Source: an uncultured Candidatus Saccharibacteria bacterium
Lineage (GTDB): Bacteria > Patescibacteriota > Minisyncoccia > Phycocordibacterales > UBA9973
DNA: 64,000 nt
Assembly (NCBI GenBank): GCA_964348725.1
Contig: CAYGDG010000002.1
Location: forward strand, 64,202 to 128,201
Direction: 5' to 3'
A program made the translations under genes and the position numbers. Positions 39,521 to 48,880 of the stretch are shown here, in pieces. The notes beneath the pieces are model-generated. The model made no database searches. It had not been told where the DNA came from and saw only the letters and a program-made list of their open reading frames with translations. Numbering within the stretch: position 1 is the first letter of the stretch; each line of letters starts with the position of its first letter.

Positions 39521-39553
39521 TTGAAAAAATTGGAACTTCTACTTGTGTAAAAT
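39521..39553 (+). promoter_or_regulatory. Strong sigma70-like promoter (TTGAAA-17-TGTGTAAAAT) for the 4TM/MBL operon
   Basis: -35 TTGAAA at 39521-39526 with a 17-nt spacer. Extended -10 TGTG-TAAAAT at 39544-39553, about 110 nt upstream of 39663. Confidence 0.5.
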
Positions 39554-39662
39554 GGAAGATATACTAGACTCAGCGAAGATGAGGATGCCTCAGGATTCTT
39601 CATTATGGAAACGCGTTACCATGTTCTCCTTGGGTGCAAAATTTTAGCAACAGGTCAATACA

Positions 39663-40142
39663 ATGATTGGCATTGTAGTTTATCTTCTCTCTATCGTAAC
39701 CTTATACGCTTACGGCTTATTTCTGTTGCTCTGTAACTACGATCTTTTGTGTCTTGAGCCCTACAGAGTCGGGATTACCTGCGCGATTGTCGGCGGGCTT
39801 GGTGGCTGTATGTATTGTTTAAGGGCGGTGTATGTCAATTATTGCGCCCAAGACACATGGGATAATAAGTGGGCAATTTGGTATATCCTGCGCCCCATTA
39901 CAAGTGTTGGGTCTGGAGCTGTGAGCTTTCTATTTCTGAAAGCAGGCCTTCTTGTTCTTGAATCAAATGTTCAGCAAAACGCATCTGAGTATGGCTTCTA
40001 CGCCCTCGCTTTTATTGCGGGGCTGAATGTTGATAAATTCATCAAGAAAATTGAAGATATTGGCGAAGCCGTTTTTGGCATTGAAAAATCACGCGCCGCG
40101 AAAGGCATAGAAAAAGGCAATGGAGGAAAACATGCTGATTGA
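39663..40142 (+). CDS. Small four-TM membrane protein
   Basis: Four hydrophobic helices, then a charged C-terminal tail. Overlaps the start of the downstream MBL gene. Confidence 0.55.
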   Translation: MIGIVVYLLSIVTLYAYGLFLLLCNYDLLCLEPYRVGITCAIVGGLGGCMYCLRAVYVNYCAQDTWDNKWAIWYILRPITSVGSGAVSFLFLKAGLLVLESNVQQNASEYGFYALAFIAGLNVDKFIKKIEDIGEAVFGIEKSRAAKGIEKGNGGKHAD

Positions 40143-40968
40143 AATCTTTGACGTGGAATTAGGCCAATGTGCAGCAATTCATTGTCCAAACGGACAAAAA
40201 GTTCTGATTGATGCTGGGCATAACGCTTCACGTCCGTGGTATCCATCCATCCATTTTCAAGGCCAGAGCATCGAAAGGTTAATTATAAGTAATTTTGATG
40301 AAGATCACGCAAGTGACTTTGTTGATTTGAAAAAGTTATCTTTTATCAGGACGATATATAGAAATGCATCTGTAAATTCCGATGCTTTGGTGGCCATGAA
40401 AACTTTATTGGGGATGGGAGACGGAATAAGGTCATTTTATCACTGGATGAAAGATGTTGAAAATAATGGCACGTATATTCAGCCTGCTGATTTGGGCGGT
40501 GTCCTCGTACACCATTATTGCAACCCTTACGGGGCATTTACAGACACCAACAATCTTAGCCTCGTAAGTTTTGTGAGCTTTGGTTCTTTCAAAATTGTTT
40601 TCCCCGGAGATTTGGAAATTGCGGGCTGGAAAGAGCTGTTGAAAATTCCCGCCTTTCGTAATGAGCTAGCGAGCGTTAATGTATTGGTAGCCTCTCACCA
40701 TGGCAGAGAAAATGGCTGTTGTGAGGAAGTTTTTAATTTTTGCTCACCTCAAGCCGTAATCATCTCAGACAGTTACAAGCAGCATGGTACACAAGAAACT
40801 ACAAACTGGTATGCAAACAAGGCCAGTGGATGCAAAACCATTGGTCAAGTAGAGCGCAAAGTTCTGACAACCAGAAATGACGGACATATAACACTTGAAG
40901 TGAGTCCAAACGGCAACTGGCTAATAGCTACGGAAGCCGAAAGAGCTTTGCGACAACGGCGATTGTAA
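40132..40968 (+). CDS. MBL-fold metallo-hydrolase, ComEC/Rec2-like nuclease domain
   Basis: GGAGG RBS before the ATG at 40132. …VLIDAGHN…, …SNFDEDHASD… and …VLVASHHGRENG…AVIISDS… match ComEC-type beta-lactamase-fold motifs. Confidence 0.7.
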   Translation: MLIEIFDVELGQCAAIHCPNGQKVLIDAGHNASRPWYPSIHFQGQSIERLIISNFDEDHASDFVDLKKLSFIRTIYRNASVNSDALVAMKTLLGMGDGIRSFYHWMKDVENNGTYIQPADLGGVLVHHYCNPYGAFTDTNNLSLVSFVSFGSFKIVFPGDLEIAGWKELLKIPAFRNELASVNVLVASHHGRENGCCEEVFNFCSPQAVIISDSYKQHGTQETTNWYANKASGCKTIGQVERKVLTTRNDGHITLEVSPNGNWLIATEAERALRQRRL

Positions 40969-41137
40969 AACTATCCAAAAACGACCAAAGGAGAAGGTCA
41001 TACTGCAGGGGTGCCCAAGGAATCCTCATACAGAGGGGTTTTTAGCTTTTTGTTACCCCAGTGTTACCCCGCGGATTTTGGCGTGGAAATGTCCGCGAGA
41101 GGAAATCATTCAACACATTGATATAAAATGGGAAATA

Positions 41138-41212
41138 TGGTGGCTCTGGCAAGATTTGAACTTGCGACCAAAGGATTATGATTCCTCTGCTCTACCACTG
41201 AGCTACAGAGCC
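41138..41212 (-). tRNA. tRNA with CAT anticodon, most similar to tRNA-Ile2 (lysidine, LAU); elongator Met type not excluded
   Basis: The reverse complement GGCTCTGTAGCTCAGTGGTAGAGCAGAGGAATCATAATCCTTTGGTCGCAAGTTCAAATCTTGCCAGAGCCACCA folds as a cloverleaf. It shares the TTGGTCGC and TCATAATC features of E. coli ileX. Confidence 0.8.
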
Positions 41213-41369
41213 ACGGTGCGGAAATCAAAACCGCAAAAGGTGAAAAAGGTTATGACCTATTGCAAGGGGGGTTGTCAAGGCGCTTCTGGAGCGATCTGGT
41301 CCTGTCTTGAGATCGTCTGTTCCCTGAACCCCCTTATATATCCAGAGCCTTGTTATATATTGTGATACA

Positions 41370-42539
41370 TTACGGGTTTTCAATCCAGCCGCCGCCCAGA
41401 ACCCGTGTGCCGTTGTAACACACGGCGGCTTGGCCTGCTGACAAGCCGTATTGAGGGGTGTTGAAGCAAATTTGCGCGGACCCATCATTTTTGTGATCGT
41501 TTTTATCTGTGAAATAAAGCGTTCCTGGAACAGGTTGCATCACTGAACGAAATTTCACGCTGATTTCAAGACCTTTTGGGGAGAGGGCTTGCGTGGTTTC
41601 CTCAGCATTTAAAAGCCAATTACAACTGTGCAGGGTCATGTCGGGGCGTGCCAATGCGGTTTTGGGGCCGATAATGACTTGATTTTTGGTGGGATCAAGC
41701 GCGAGCACATAAAACGGGCTGTTGTCTTCCGATATGCCGCCGCCGATGCCCAGCCCCTTACGCTGGCCAATCGTGTAATGGATGATCCCCTCATGCCGCC
41801 CAAGGATTCGGCCTGTTTGATCGACAATATTCCCCGCTTGTGCGGCTGTGGGCCTAAGCTTTTTCACCACGGCGGCATAATCACCGTGCGGGACAAAACA
41901 GATATCTTGAGAATCGGGTTTATCCGCAATCAAAAGGCCCAGACGTTCCGCGGCTTCGCGGGTTTGGGGCTTGGTCCAGTGTCCCAGAGGAAAGCGCAGA
42001 AAATCGAGTTGCTCTTGCGTGGTGGCAAACAGGAAATAGCTTTGATCCTTACCGAAATCCTGCGCACGGTGGAGCTCTGCACGGCCTTCATCGTTCACAT
42101 GGCGCTTGATGTAGTGGCCTGTAGCCATGCAATCGGCTCCCAGATCATGCGCGACCTTGAGCAGGTCATGGAATTTGACGCTTTGATTACAGCGTATACA
42201 CGGTACGGGCGTTTCCCCCCGTACATAGCTATCAGCAAAATCTTCGATGACTGCATCCTTGAAATTGCTTTCATAATTCAAAACATAATGGGGAAAGCCT
42301 TTGGCATCGGCAACATTCTTGGCATCGTAAATATCCTGCCCTGCGCAACAGGTCTTGGATTTCACAAGCCCTCCAGGGTTTGTGGCCGCGCCGTAATCAA
42401 ACAGCTGGAGCGTGATTCCGACCACGTCATACCCTTCCTCGTGCAGTAACGCGGCGGTGACGGAAGAATCCACCCCGCCCGACATGGCGACGACCACGCG
42501 GGTTTTATCGGGAGATTTGTTAAAGCCTAAGGTATTCAT
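41370..42539 (-). CDS. mnmA: tRNA 2-thiouridine(34) synthase
   Basis: N-terminal PP-loop VVVAMSGGVDSSV. 389 aa. Confidence 0.9.
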   Translation of the reverse strand: MNTLGFNKSPDKTRVVVAMSGGVDSSVTAALLHEEGYDVVGITLQLFDYGAATNPGGLVKSKTCCAGQDIYDAKNVADAKGFPHYVLNYESNFKDAVIEDFADSYVRGETPVPCIRCNQSVKFHDLLKVAHDLGADCMATGHYIKRHVNDEGRAELHRAQDFGKDQSYFLFATTQEQLDFLRFPLGHWTKPQTREAAERLGLLIADKPDSQDICFVPHGDYAAVVKKLRPTAAQAGNIVDQTGRILGRHEGIIHYTIGQRKGLGIGGGISEDNSPFYVLALDPTKNQVIIGPKTALARPDMTLHSCNWLLNAEETTQALSPKGLEISVKFRSVMQPVPGTLYFTDKNDHKNDGSAQICFNTPQYGLSAGQAAVCYNGTRVLGGGWIENP

Positions 42540-42607
42540 AGGGCGGTTATACAGAAAAAATCTTCATCCTGACAAACGAATTGTGAATCTGCTATGCTGG
42601 GCGGATC

Positions 42608-42964
42608 ATGAGCACACAAGAACAACATGTAAAATCAGGATTTTTTAAACTGGCGGTCTATACCCCGCTGGAGCATGCGGATGCGGTGCGTGAGGCGCTC
42701 GCTCAGGCTGGTGCGGGTCATATCGGGCATTATGATTTTTGCTCTTTCTCCGTGCGCGGAACGGGGAGGTTTCGCGGCAATGCGCAGGCCAATCCCGCCG
42801 TGGGTGTGCGTCATGAAATCACAGCGGTGGAAGAAGAAAAAATCGAGGTGATTGTGCCGGAGCGTCTTCTTAAAGCTGTTTTAGAGGCTGTCAAAAAAGT
42901 TCATCCGTATGAAGAAATCGCCATGGATCTTTATAAGCTGGAGGATTGGGGGGCGTTTTTATAA
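42608..42964 (+). CDS. Conserved hypothetical small protein
   Basis: 118-aa ORF with a plausible start. Confidence 0.45.
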   Translation: MSTQEQHVKSGFFKLAVYTPLEHADAVREALAQAGAGHIGHYDFCSFSVRGTGRFRGNAQANPAVGVRHEITAVEEEKIEVIVPERLLKAVLEAVKKVHPYEEIAMDLYKLEDWGAFL

Positions 42965-43041
42965 GAAATCTCTTATTTGTCAAAACACTTGACAGAGCAT
43001 TTTTGTTTTGCTATGTAAAACAAAAATCAAGAGGTTTCCGA

Positions 43042-43857
43042 GTGAATCTACAACAGAGATATAATGATTTCATTCAGGAATTTCCTGAAATGGAGCCGTT
43101 TCTAGAAAAAGCAAGAGACAATCCTGCATATGCGGCGTTTTGTGTGGGCCTTATAAAAAATTACGAAAAGGAGTATAGCGAAGGGGGCAAATACCTTTTA
43201 AGCTCTGCTGAAATGGGTTTAGATTCACTCTATTCTATGGGGTGTATGTACGAAAAGGGTGAGGGAGTGGAGCAAAACCATGCTTCTGCTTTTGAATATT
43301 TTGTACTGGCGGCTACGCTTGGAGTTTCTGGTGTCGGGTCTTCAAAGGCTCAAGCTAAATTGGGCGCTATTTACCAGCTTGGAAAATTGGGGATTCCCAA
43401 AAATGATAAAAAATCCTTTGAATGGTACAGCAGGACGGCAGAACAAAACCATAAATGGGCACAATATAGGTTGGCCATTATGTATGAATCAGGAATTTCG
43501 GTACAACCCGATCCTCAGAAAGCTTTTGAATGGATGACAAACGCAGCAGATGAAGAAGATGCTTTTGGATTATATGGGCTGGCTCATTACTACAAAACAG
43601 GACTGGGTACCCGCAAGAATATCAACAAAGCCATAAAGCTTTATAAACAAGCTGTTGAGAAAGGCTTGCCCCATGCCATGGTTTCTTTGGGAAAATTGTG
43701 TGCATTGGGACGAGTGCGCGGTAAAAATCTGGATGATGGACTAACCTTGCTTTTTAAGGCGGAATCTGTAGGGCATAAAGAATCCTCTGAAGTCTTGGGT
43801 AGACTTTATACAGATTTATACACTCCACAGGCTTATGAGGAACCCATTTCCCCCTAA
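43042..43857 (+). CDS. Sel1-repeat (TPR-like) protein
   Basis: Repeated …A…W…AA.QG…A.. Sel1 units. GTG start at 43042 after an AAGAGG RBS. The ORF frame is open from 42946. Confidence 0.6.
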   Translation: MNLQQRYNDFIQEFPEMEPFLEKARDNPAYAAFCVGLIKNYEKEYSEGGKYLLSSAEMGLDSLYSMGCMYEKGEGVEQNHASAFEYFVLAATLGVSGVGSSKAQAKLGAIYQLGKLGIPKNDKKSFEWYSRTAEQNHKWAQYRLAIMYESGISVQPDPQKAFEWMTNAADEEDAFGLYGLAHYYKTGLGTRKNINKAIKLYKQAVEKGLPHAMVSLGKLCALGRVRGKNLDDGLTLLFKAESVGHKESSEVLGRLYTDLYTPQAYEEPISP

Positions 43858-44186
43858 GGCTGTCTTATGGGCACCATCACAATCAGCCCGTCTAGCGCCT
43901 CTGTTAACTCAATCTGGCAGGCCAGACGGGAGGTAGGGCGTAGATGAACGGCCGTTTCAAGGACATCGGTTTCTTCCTCTGTTTTTTCGTTGCCGGTTTG
44001 CAAAACGCGCTGGGTCCAATCGGGATGCACATGTACATGACAGGTCGCGCAGGCCATGGACCCGCCGCAATCGCCTGTGATCCCCTGAATGCCATGGTGA
44101 ACGGCCATCTGCATTATAGACCAGTGTTCCGGCGCTTCAAAGGTCTGTGTTGTGCCATCGGTTTGCAGAAAGGTGATTTTAGGCAT
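43854..44186 (-). CDS. 2Fe-2S ferredoxin (adrenodoxin type)
   Basis: Cys ligands in …GDCGGSMACATCHV… and …LACQ…. Confidence 0.85.
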   Translation of the reverse strand: MPKITFLQTDGTTQTFEAPEHWSIMQMAVHHGIQGITGDCGGSMACATCHVHVHPDWTQRVLQTGNEKTEEETDVLETAVHLRPTSRLACQIELTEALDGLIVMVPIRQP

Positions 44187-44196
44187 AGGAGGCTTT

Positions 44197-45312
44197 TTAA
44201 GATTTTAAGCGTTTATACAGGGCTGTCCAGACCGCCAAAAAGCGGTCGCAGTCTTCGTGTGTTGTGGCCCAGCCCATTGAAAGCCGGAGGGCTCCCTGCG
44301 CATGGGAATCTGGCACCTGCATGGCTTTGAGAACATGACTGGTAGTGACTCTGCCGCTGGAGCAGGCCGAGCCATTGGACACGGCAATGCCTTCCAGATC
44401 AAGTGCCATGAGAAGGGTTTCAGAGGATAATCCGGCCACAGAAAATGATATGGTGTGGGGTACGCGTGGTGCGGAAAGCCCATGGATCACTATATCTGGA
44501 TCGCAGGAGCGCAGGGCTTCTTCCAGCCTTTTTTGGAAAAGGGAAAATGTCTCTCGAGAAGAGGTTAGAGTCTCTTGTGCAGAGTGAACTGCAACGCCAA
44601 AGCCTGCGACCCCTGACACGTTTTCTGTTCCGGCGCGGGCGCGTTTTTCCTGTCCTCCCCCATGAAGCAGTGTCGGGGTTTTTCCGCAAAGCCCCAGAAC
44701 GAGGGCTCCTACACCTTGCGGCCCGCCGATTTTGTGTGCCGAGAGGGTCAGAAAATCCACGCCCCATTCCGTGATGTCAAGCGGGATTTTCCCTAGGGCT
44801 TGCGCGGCATCGCAATGATACAGCGCACCATATTGATGGGCCAGATCTGCAATCTCTCGCACGGGCTGTATAACCCCTGTTTCATTATTGACCGCCATGA
44901 CACTGACCAATGTGGTCCGTGTTTTTTTTAGGGCCTCTTCAAGTGCCGTCAGGTCGAGTACGCCGTCCGGTGTGACGGGCACAATCCCAAAATTCTCTGT
45001 GTAATGGGGCATGGCCTCCAGAACAGAAGGGTGTTCGATGGCGGAGACGAGAAGGCGTTCTCCAGCAAAATGGTGCAGGACGGTGTTATTGGATTCCGTT
45101 GCGCCACTATTGAACAGGATCTGGGCTTGTGGTGCGCCGCAGGCCTGTGCCACCCGTTCCCGCGCTGTTTCAATCCATTTGCGGCCTTCCCGCCCGTAGG
45201 AATGTACGGAGGAGGCATTGTGCGGTTGGGCGAACACTTGTATCATCGTGTCCATGACGGCGGGGCGCATGGGCGTTGTGGCATTGTAATCAAGATAAAC
45301 ACGGTTCTTCAT
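44197..45312 (-). CDS. Cysteine desulfurase (NifS/IscS-like class V aminotransferase)
   Basis: 371 aa. PLP-lysine context …SAHKIGGPQGVGAL…. Conserved C-terminal Cys (…GSACSS…). Confidence 0.85.
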   Translation of the reverse strand: MKNRVYLDYNATTPMRPAVMDTMIQVFAQPHNASSVHSYGREGRKWIETARERVAQACGAPQAQILFNSGATESNNTVLHHFAGERLLVSAIEHPSVLEAMPHYTENFGIVPVTPDGVLDLTALEEALKKTRTTLVSVMAVNNETGVIQPVREIADLAHQYGALYHCDAAQALGKIPLDITEWGVDFLTLSAHKIGGPQGVGALVLGLCGKTPTLLHGGGQEKRARAGTENVSGVAGFGVAVHSAQETLTSSRETFSLFQKRLEEALRSCDPDIVIHGLSAPRVPHTISFSVAGLSSETLLMALDLEGIAVSNGSACSSGRVTTSHVLKAMQVPDSHAQGALRLSMGWATTHEDCDRFLAVWTALYKRLKS

Positions 45313-45577
45313 AGTGTGGACTTATACGGTATTCAGAGGCTCCAGAGCAATTTTATTCTTGGGGAAGCAAGAAGAGATTCGGAGCTTTTGTGAGATTGTA
45401 CACAAGCAAAATCAATAGCTTATCATAATTTTCTGGACATTTCTTCCGCATTAAAATATAGAAGGGGCCTGTTTTGTGTAAAGTTATAGTACCAGAGAAA
45501 AGAAATGCGCAGTTTCCGCTCTCAATAAAAAAGATTATATAAAATTTTGACAACACGTCTTTACGAAGGGGAATTGC

Positions 45578-46255
45578 ATGCCTGAAGTAATTTTTAACGG
45601 TCCATCGGGCCGTCTTGAAGGTCGTTACTCACACTCCAAAATGAAAAATGCCCCGCTGGCTTTGATCTTGCATCCCAATCCCGAGCATGGTGGGACAATG
45701 AATAACAAAATTACCTATAATCTGTTTCAGGCCTTTGCGGCACGCGGATTTTCCTGTTTGCGGTTCAACTTTCGCGGAGTTGGGCGATCGCAGGGTGTAT
45801 TTGATCGTGGGGAAGGCGAATTGAGTGATGCGGCATCCGCGCTGGACTGGATGCAGGAAATCAACACGGGCGCGCCTTATGTCTGGATTGCCGGATTTTC
45901 CTTCGGGGCGTGGATCGGGATGCAACTGCTCATGCGTCGTCCCGAAATTCACGGTTTTATTTCCATTGCACCACCTGCCAATACCGAAGATTTCAGTTTT
46001 CTGGCTCCGTGCCCGACATCAGGCCTTGTTTTGCAGGGGGGAAAAGATGATGTGGTGCAAGAGCCGTCTGTCGCTGACTTCGTATCACGTCTGCACCAGC
46101 AAAAAGGCATTGCCATTGATTATCGGGTTATTAAGGGTGCCAATCACTTTTTCCATGGTCATCATGAAGAATTGATGGAGCATGTCCACGACCATTTGAA
46201 CACGGCAAAAGTAGGTCGTACAATGTATCCCGAGAAAATGGCACTGGCCGGCTAG
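45578..46255 (+). CDS. Alpha/beta-fold hydrolase (COG2945-like)
   Basis: GFSFGAW nucleophile elbow. 225 aa. Confidence 0.75.
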   Translation: MPEVIFNGPSGRLEGRYSHSKMKNAPLALILHPNPEHGGTMNNKITYNLFQAFAARGFSCLRFNFRGVGRSQGVFDRGEGELSDAASALDWMQEINTGAPYVWIAGFSFGAWIGMQLLMRRPEIHGFISIAPPANTEDFSFLAPCPTSGLVLQGGKDDVVQEPSVADFVSRLHQQKGIAIDYRVIKGANHFFHGHHEELMEHVHDHLNTAKVGRTMYPEKMALAG

Positions 46256-46296
46256 GGTCGGCGGCTCACACGATGTGTGTTTTGATCTTGTCGCAC

Positions 46297-47526
46297 TCAC
46301 GTCGGTTCGTTGTGGCGCGCCGTATCTGCATGAAGGTTTTCGTTAGACGGATGCGTGTGTGCGGTGGGCTTGCTTACGATTTTGATCTGCCCAAATTCTT
46401 TGCCTAGAGCCTGAAACGATTCCAGCATCGTCAGAGGATGCCCGTTTTTCCTGATCAGACTGGGATTTTGTTCTCCGATTTTCGAGCCGTAAACATTCGC
46501 ATGTGCCTTGAAAAAATCGCTGGCCAGTTTGTGAGGGGCTTCTTCTAACCCCTTCATGTAAGTAATGGCGCCGTGCAGGCCTAGATTATTCATTAAAAGC
46601 AGAGCGCTTTGGGAAACGCTTGAAACATGCATTTTCTCTTTAAAATGTTTGATATTGGGTTTGGTGTAGGCGACATACAATCGTGTGTTGAAATCCGGAT
46701 TCAGCAATAGTTTTTCAAGCATTTTTTCTGAATCGGTATCTTTGGGGGTGTATGTAATGCGCAAGGGATGGCCTTCAGAACCTCTCTGCATCACGATTTT
46801 TGTAACCAGATCACTGGCTTCCGGGAATTGTTTTTTATTTTTGTGTATGGTTTCAGAAGCAGTTGATAACAAAAATTGAAACAGGCCGCCTGCTTGCGTG
46901 TCTTCATTCACGGCTTTTGTATTACAATGGCTTTCGCGTGTGCATGTCACAATCAGGTTTTTAAGCGGGAAGTCCGCCTTCTGAAAAGCCCTCAGGACAT
47001 GAGGCTTCAAAGAGATTTTGTGTTTTCCAACCTGTAATAAAAGGGGTTTATAGGGAGCCTTCAGCGTCATTTTTGGTGCCGGTTGGGCCGATGATATGGG
47101 GGGCTGATTTTTGTTCGCATCGGAAGGCGATGTCTGTGCCATTTTATGATCGTGACGGACATATGGGGATTTCGGGAGCGCTGTATGTTCGGGTAACCAC
47201 GAAACCGGTTTATGTTGTGCGTGGGAATGGGGGGCTATTGGTGATTGATATGTTTTATGCGCGATTTTTGTATGGTGTGATGTGCGGGGTTCATAAGTGT
47301 GCACTGTTTGGGCCGTGTCTGCGATGCGGGCATGTTGTTTATATTCATGAGGAACGGCTTGCCACAGGCTCGTGAGCAAACCTGTCAGCACTAGAGTGCC
47401 TAAAGGTCTGTGGAGCCAAACAAGGGGATCATCATCATTATGTGCGGCTTGAGCGGTGCGGACGCCGTCGTATGAGCTGTTAGCAAGGTTTTGTAAGGTT
47501 TCTTGCCTTAAATACATCGTTTTCAT
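46297..47526 (-). CDS. Membrane-anchored SLT-domain (lytic transglycosylase-like) protein
   Basis: …TCTRESHCNTKAVNEDTQAGGLFQF… matches the SLT catalytic region. N-terminal TM and a His/Pro-rich linker. Confidence 0.5.
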   Translation of the reverse strand: MKTMYLRQETLQNLANSSYDGVRTAQAAHNDDDPLVWLHRPLGTLVLTGLLTSLWQAVPHEYKQHARIADTAQTVHTYEPRTSHHTKIAHKTYQSPIAPHSHAQHKPVSWLPEHTALPKSPYVRHDHKMAQTSPSDANKNQPPISSAQPAPKMTLKAPYKPLLLQVGKHKISLKPHVLRAFQKADFPLKNLIVTCTRESHCNTKAVNEDTQAGGLFQFLLSTASETIHKNKKQFPEASDLVTKIVMQRGSEGHPLRITYTPKDTDSEKMLEKLLLNPDFNTRLYVAYTKPNIKHFKEKMHVSSVSQSALLLMNNLGLHGAITYMKGLEEAPHKLASDFFKAHANVYGSKIGEQNPSLIRKNGHPLTMLESFQALGKEFGQIKIVSKPTAHTHPSNENLHADTARHNEPT

Positions 47527-47714
47527 AGCCTTTTTTCAAGAATTTTATTAACGTAATGCATAATTCCCCAAATGTCAAGTTATGAATAATAAAAACTTTG
47601 CGAGAGAATTTAAGGGGAGATATCAAACAGGGTGTTGCTTTTAGTGGGAAGGGATTTATAAGGGTGTAAGGTGAAGTATCTTAATAAGTTCTGCATGAGG
47701 AGCAAATAGGCGTT

Positions 47715-48590
47715 ATGGCGGTATTGGTCAATAAGGACACGAAAGTGATTTGTCAGGGGTTTACAGGCTCTCAGGGGACGTTCCATTCGGAACAGGCCAT
47801 TGCGTACGGCACGAAAATGGTGGGGGGGGTAACCCCTGGCAAGGGTGGAACCCAGCATTTGAATTTGCCGGTGTTTGATACGGTGGCTGAGGCGCGGGCT
47901 AAAACGGGCTGTAATGCCTCTGTGATCTACGTGCCACCGCCCTTTGCCGCCGATGCCATTCTAGAGGCCATTGATGCCGAAATCGAACTGGCGATTTGTA
48001 TCACAGAAGGTATTCCGGTGCTGGATATGGTGAAAGTGAAACGGGCACTCAGCGGCTCCAAGACCCGTTTGATCGGGCCTAATTGCCCGGGTGTGATTAC
48101 GCCGGATGAGTGCAAGATCGGGATTATGCCGGGCCATATCCACAAACGCGGTAAGGTGGGTATTGTATCGCGCTCCGGTACGTTGACCTATGAAGCCGTG
48201 GCCCAGACGGGGGCTGTCGGCCTCGGGCAGACAACTTGTATCGGGATTGGCGGTGACCCTGTCAACGGTACGAATTTTATTGATTGTATTGAACTCTTTA
48301 TGAATGATCCGGAAACAGCGGCGATTTTGATGATCGGGGAGATTGGCGGGACGGCAGAGCTCGAAGCCTGTGAATATTACAAGCGCTTGAAAACGAAAAA
48401 GCCGATTGCGGGCTTTATCGCAGGTGCCACAGCACCGCCGGGTAAGCGGATGGGGCATGCGGGAGCTATTATCTCGGGGGCGGATGACACCGCGCCGGCC
48501 AAGATGGATGCTATGCGTTCTGCCGGTTTTGTGGTTTCCAATAGTCCGGCTGGTCTGGGTGAGGCTGTTGTGAAGGCGCTGGCGGCATAA
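47715..48590 (+). CDS. sucD: Succinyl-CoA synthetase alpha subunit
   Basis: [45 protein letters not shown]…. Confidence 0.95.
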   Translation: MAVLVNKDTKVICQGFTGSQGTFHSEQAIAYGTKMVGGVTPGKGGTQHLNLPVFDTVAEARAKTGCNASVIYVPPPFAADAILEAIDAEIELAICITEGIPVLDMVKVKRALSGSKTRLIGPNCPGVITPDECKIGIMPGHIHKRGKVGIVSRSGTLTYEAVAQTGAVGLGQTTCIGIGGDPVNGTNFIDCIELFMNDPETAAILMIGEIGGTAELEACEYYKRLKTKKPIAGFIAGATAPPGKRMGHAGAIISGADDTAPAKMDAMRSAGFVVSNSPAGLGEAVVKALAA

Positions 48591-48828
48591 AATACATGGA
48601 AATTATTTCCGCTCGGCAAAAAAGGCGACTGCTCAGGTCGCCTTTTCGTGTGTAATTTTACGAAAAAATGGCATGTGTGTTGCAATGTTAAAATAAACGG
48701 AACCATAATCGATGTGAAGCACACAAGAAAGATTTGACCTGCAAATACGTTTTTTGATCCTGCGCCCTTGTCTCTCCTGGCCACCCACGGGATTGGAAAC
48801 CGCCTTGTCAAATCCTTGTTTGTTCCTC

Positions 48829-48873
48829 CCTGAATTTCAGTGTAGGGTAGAAACCTGAAACTGAAATTCAGGG
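48829..48873. promoter_or_regulatory. Perfect 13-bp inverted repeat CCCTGAATTTCAG-N19-CTGAAATTCAGGG overlapping the RBS of the downstream gene
   Basis: Seen directly in the sequence. The right arm contains the GGGAG RBS of the 48881 ORF. Confidence 0.45.
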
Positions 48874-48880
48874 AGTTTTT

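Larger units (their letters stand above)
33801..41184. mobile_element. tRNA-integrated genomic island (about 7.3 kb), decayed P4/PICI-like satellite with cargo
   Basis: Exact 47-bp direct repeat (33801-33847 = 41138-41184, the 3' part of the CAT tRNA). GTTACCCCAGTGTTACCCCG arm-type repeats at 33979-33998 and 41052-41071. Low-GC content. Truncated P4-type integrase and primase genes inside. Confidence 0.8.

Noticed and set aside
39663-40968. Interpretation of the 4TM + MBL pair as a split housekeeping ComEC competence gene
   Set aside because: The 4TM protein is far smaller than the ComEC competence domain, and the pair sits on a mobile island behind its own promoter. The possibility is kept as a refutation test, not as the call.
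41078-41365. 95-aa plus-strand ORF overlapping the CAT tRNA
   Set aside because: Overlaps a clear tRNA gene and att repeat, so it is not coding.
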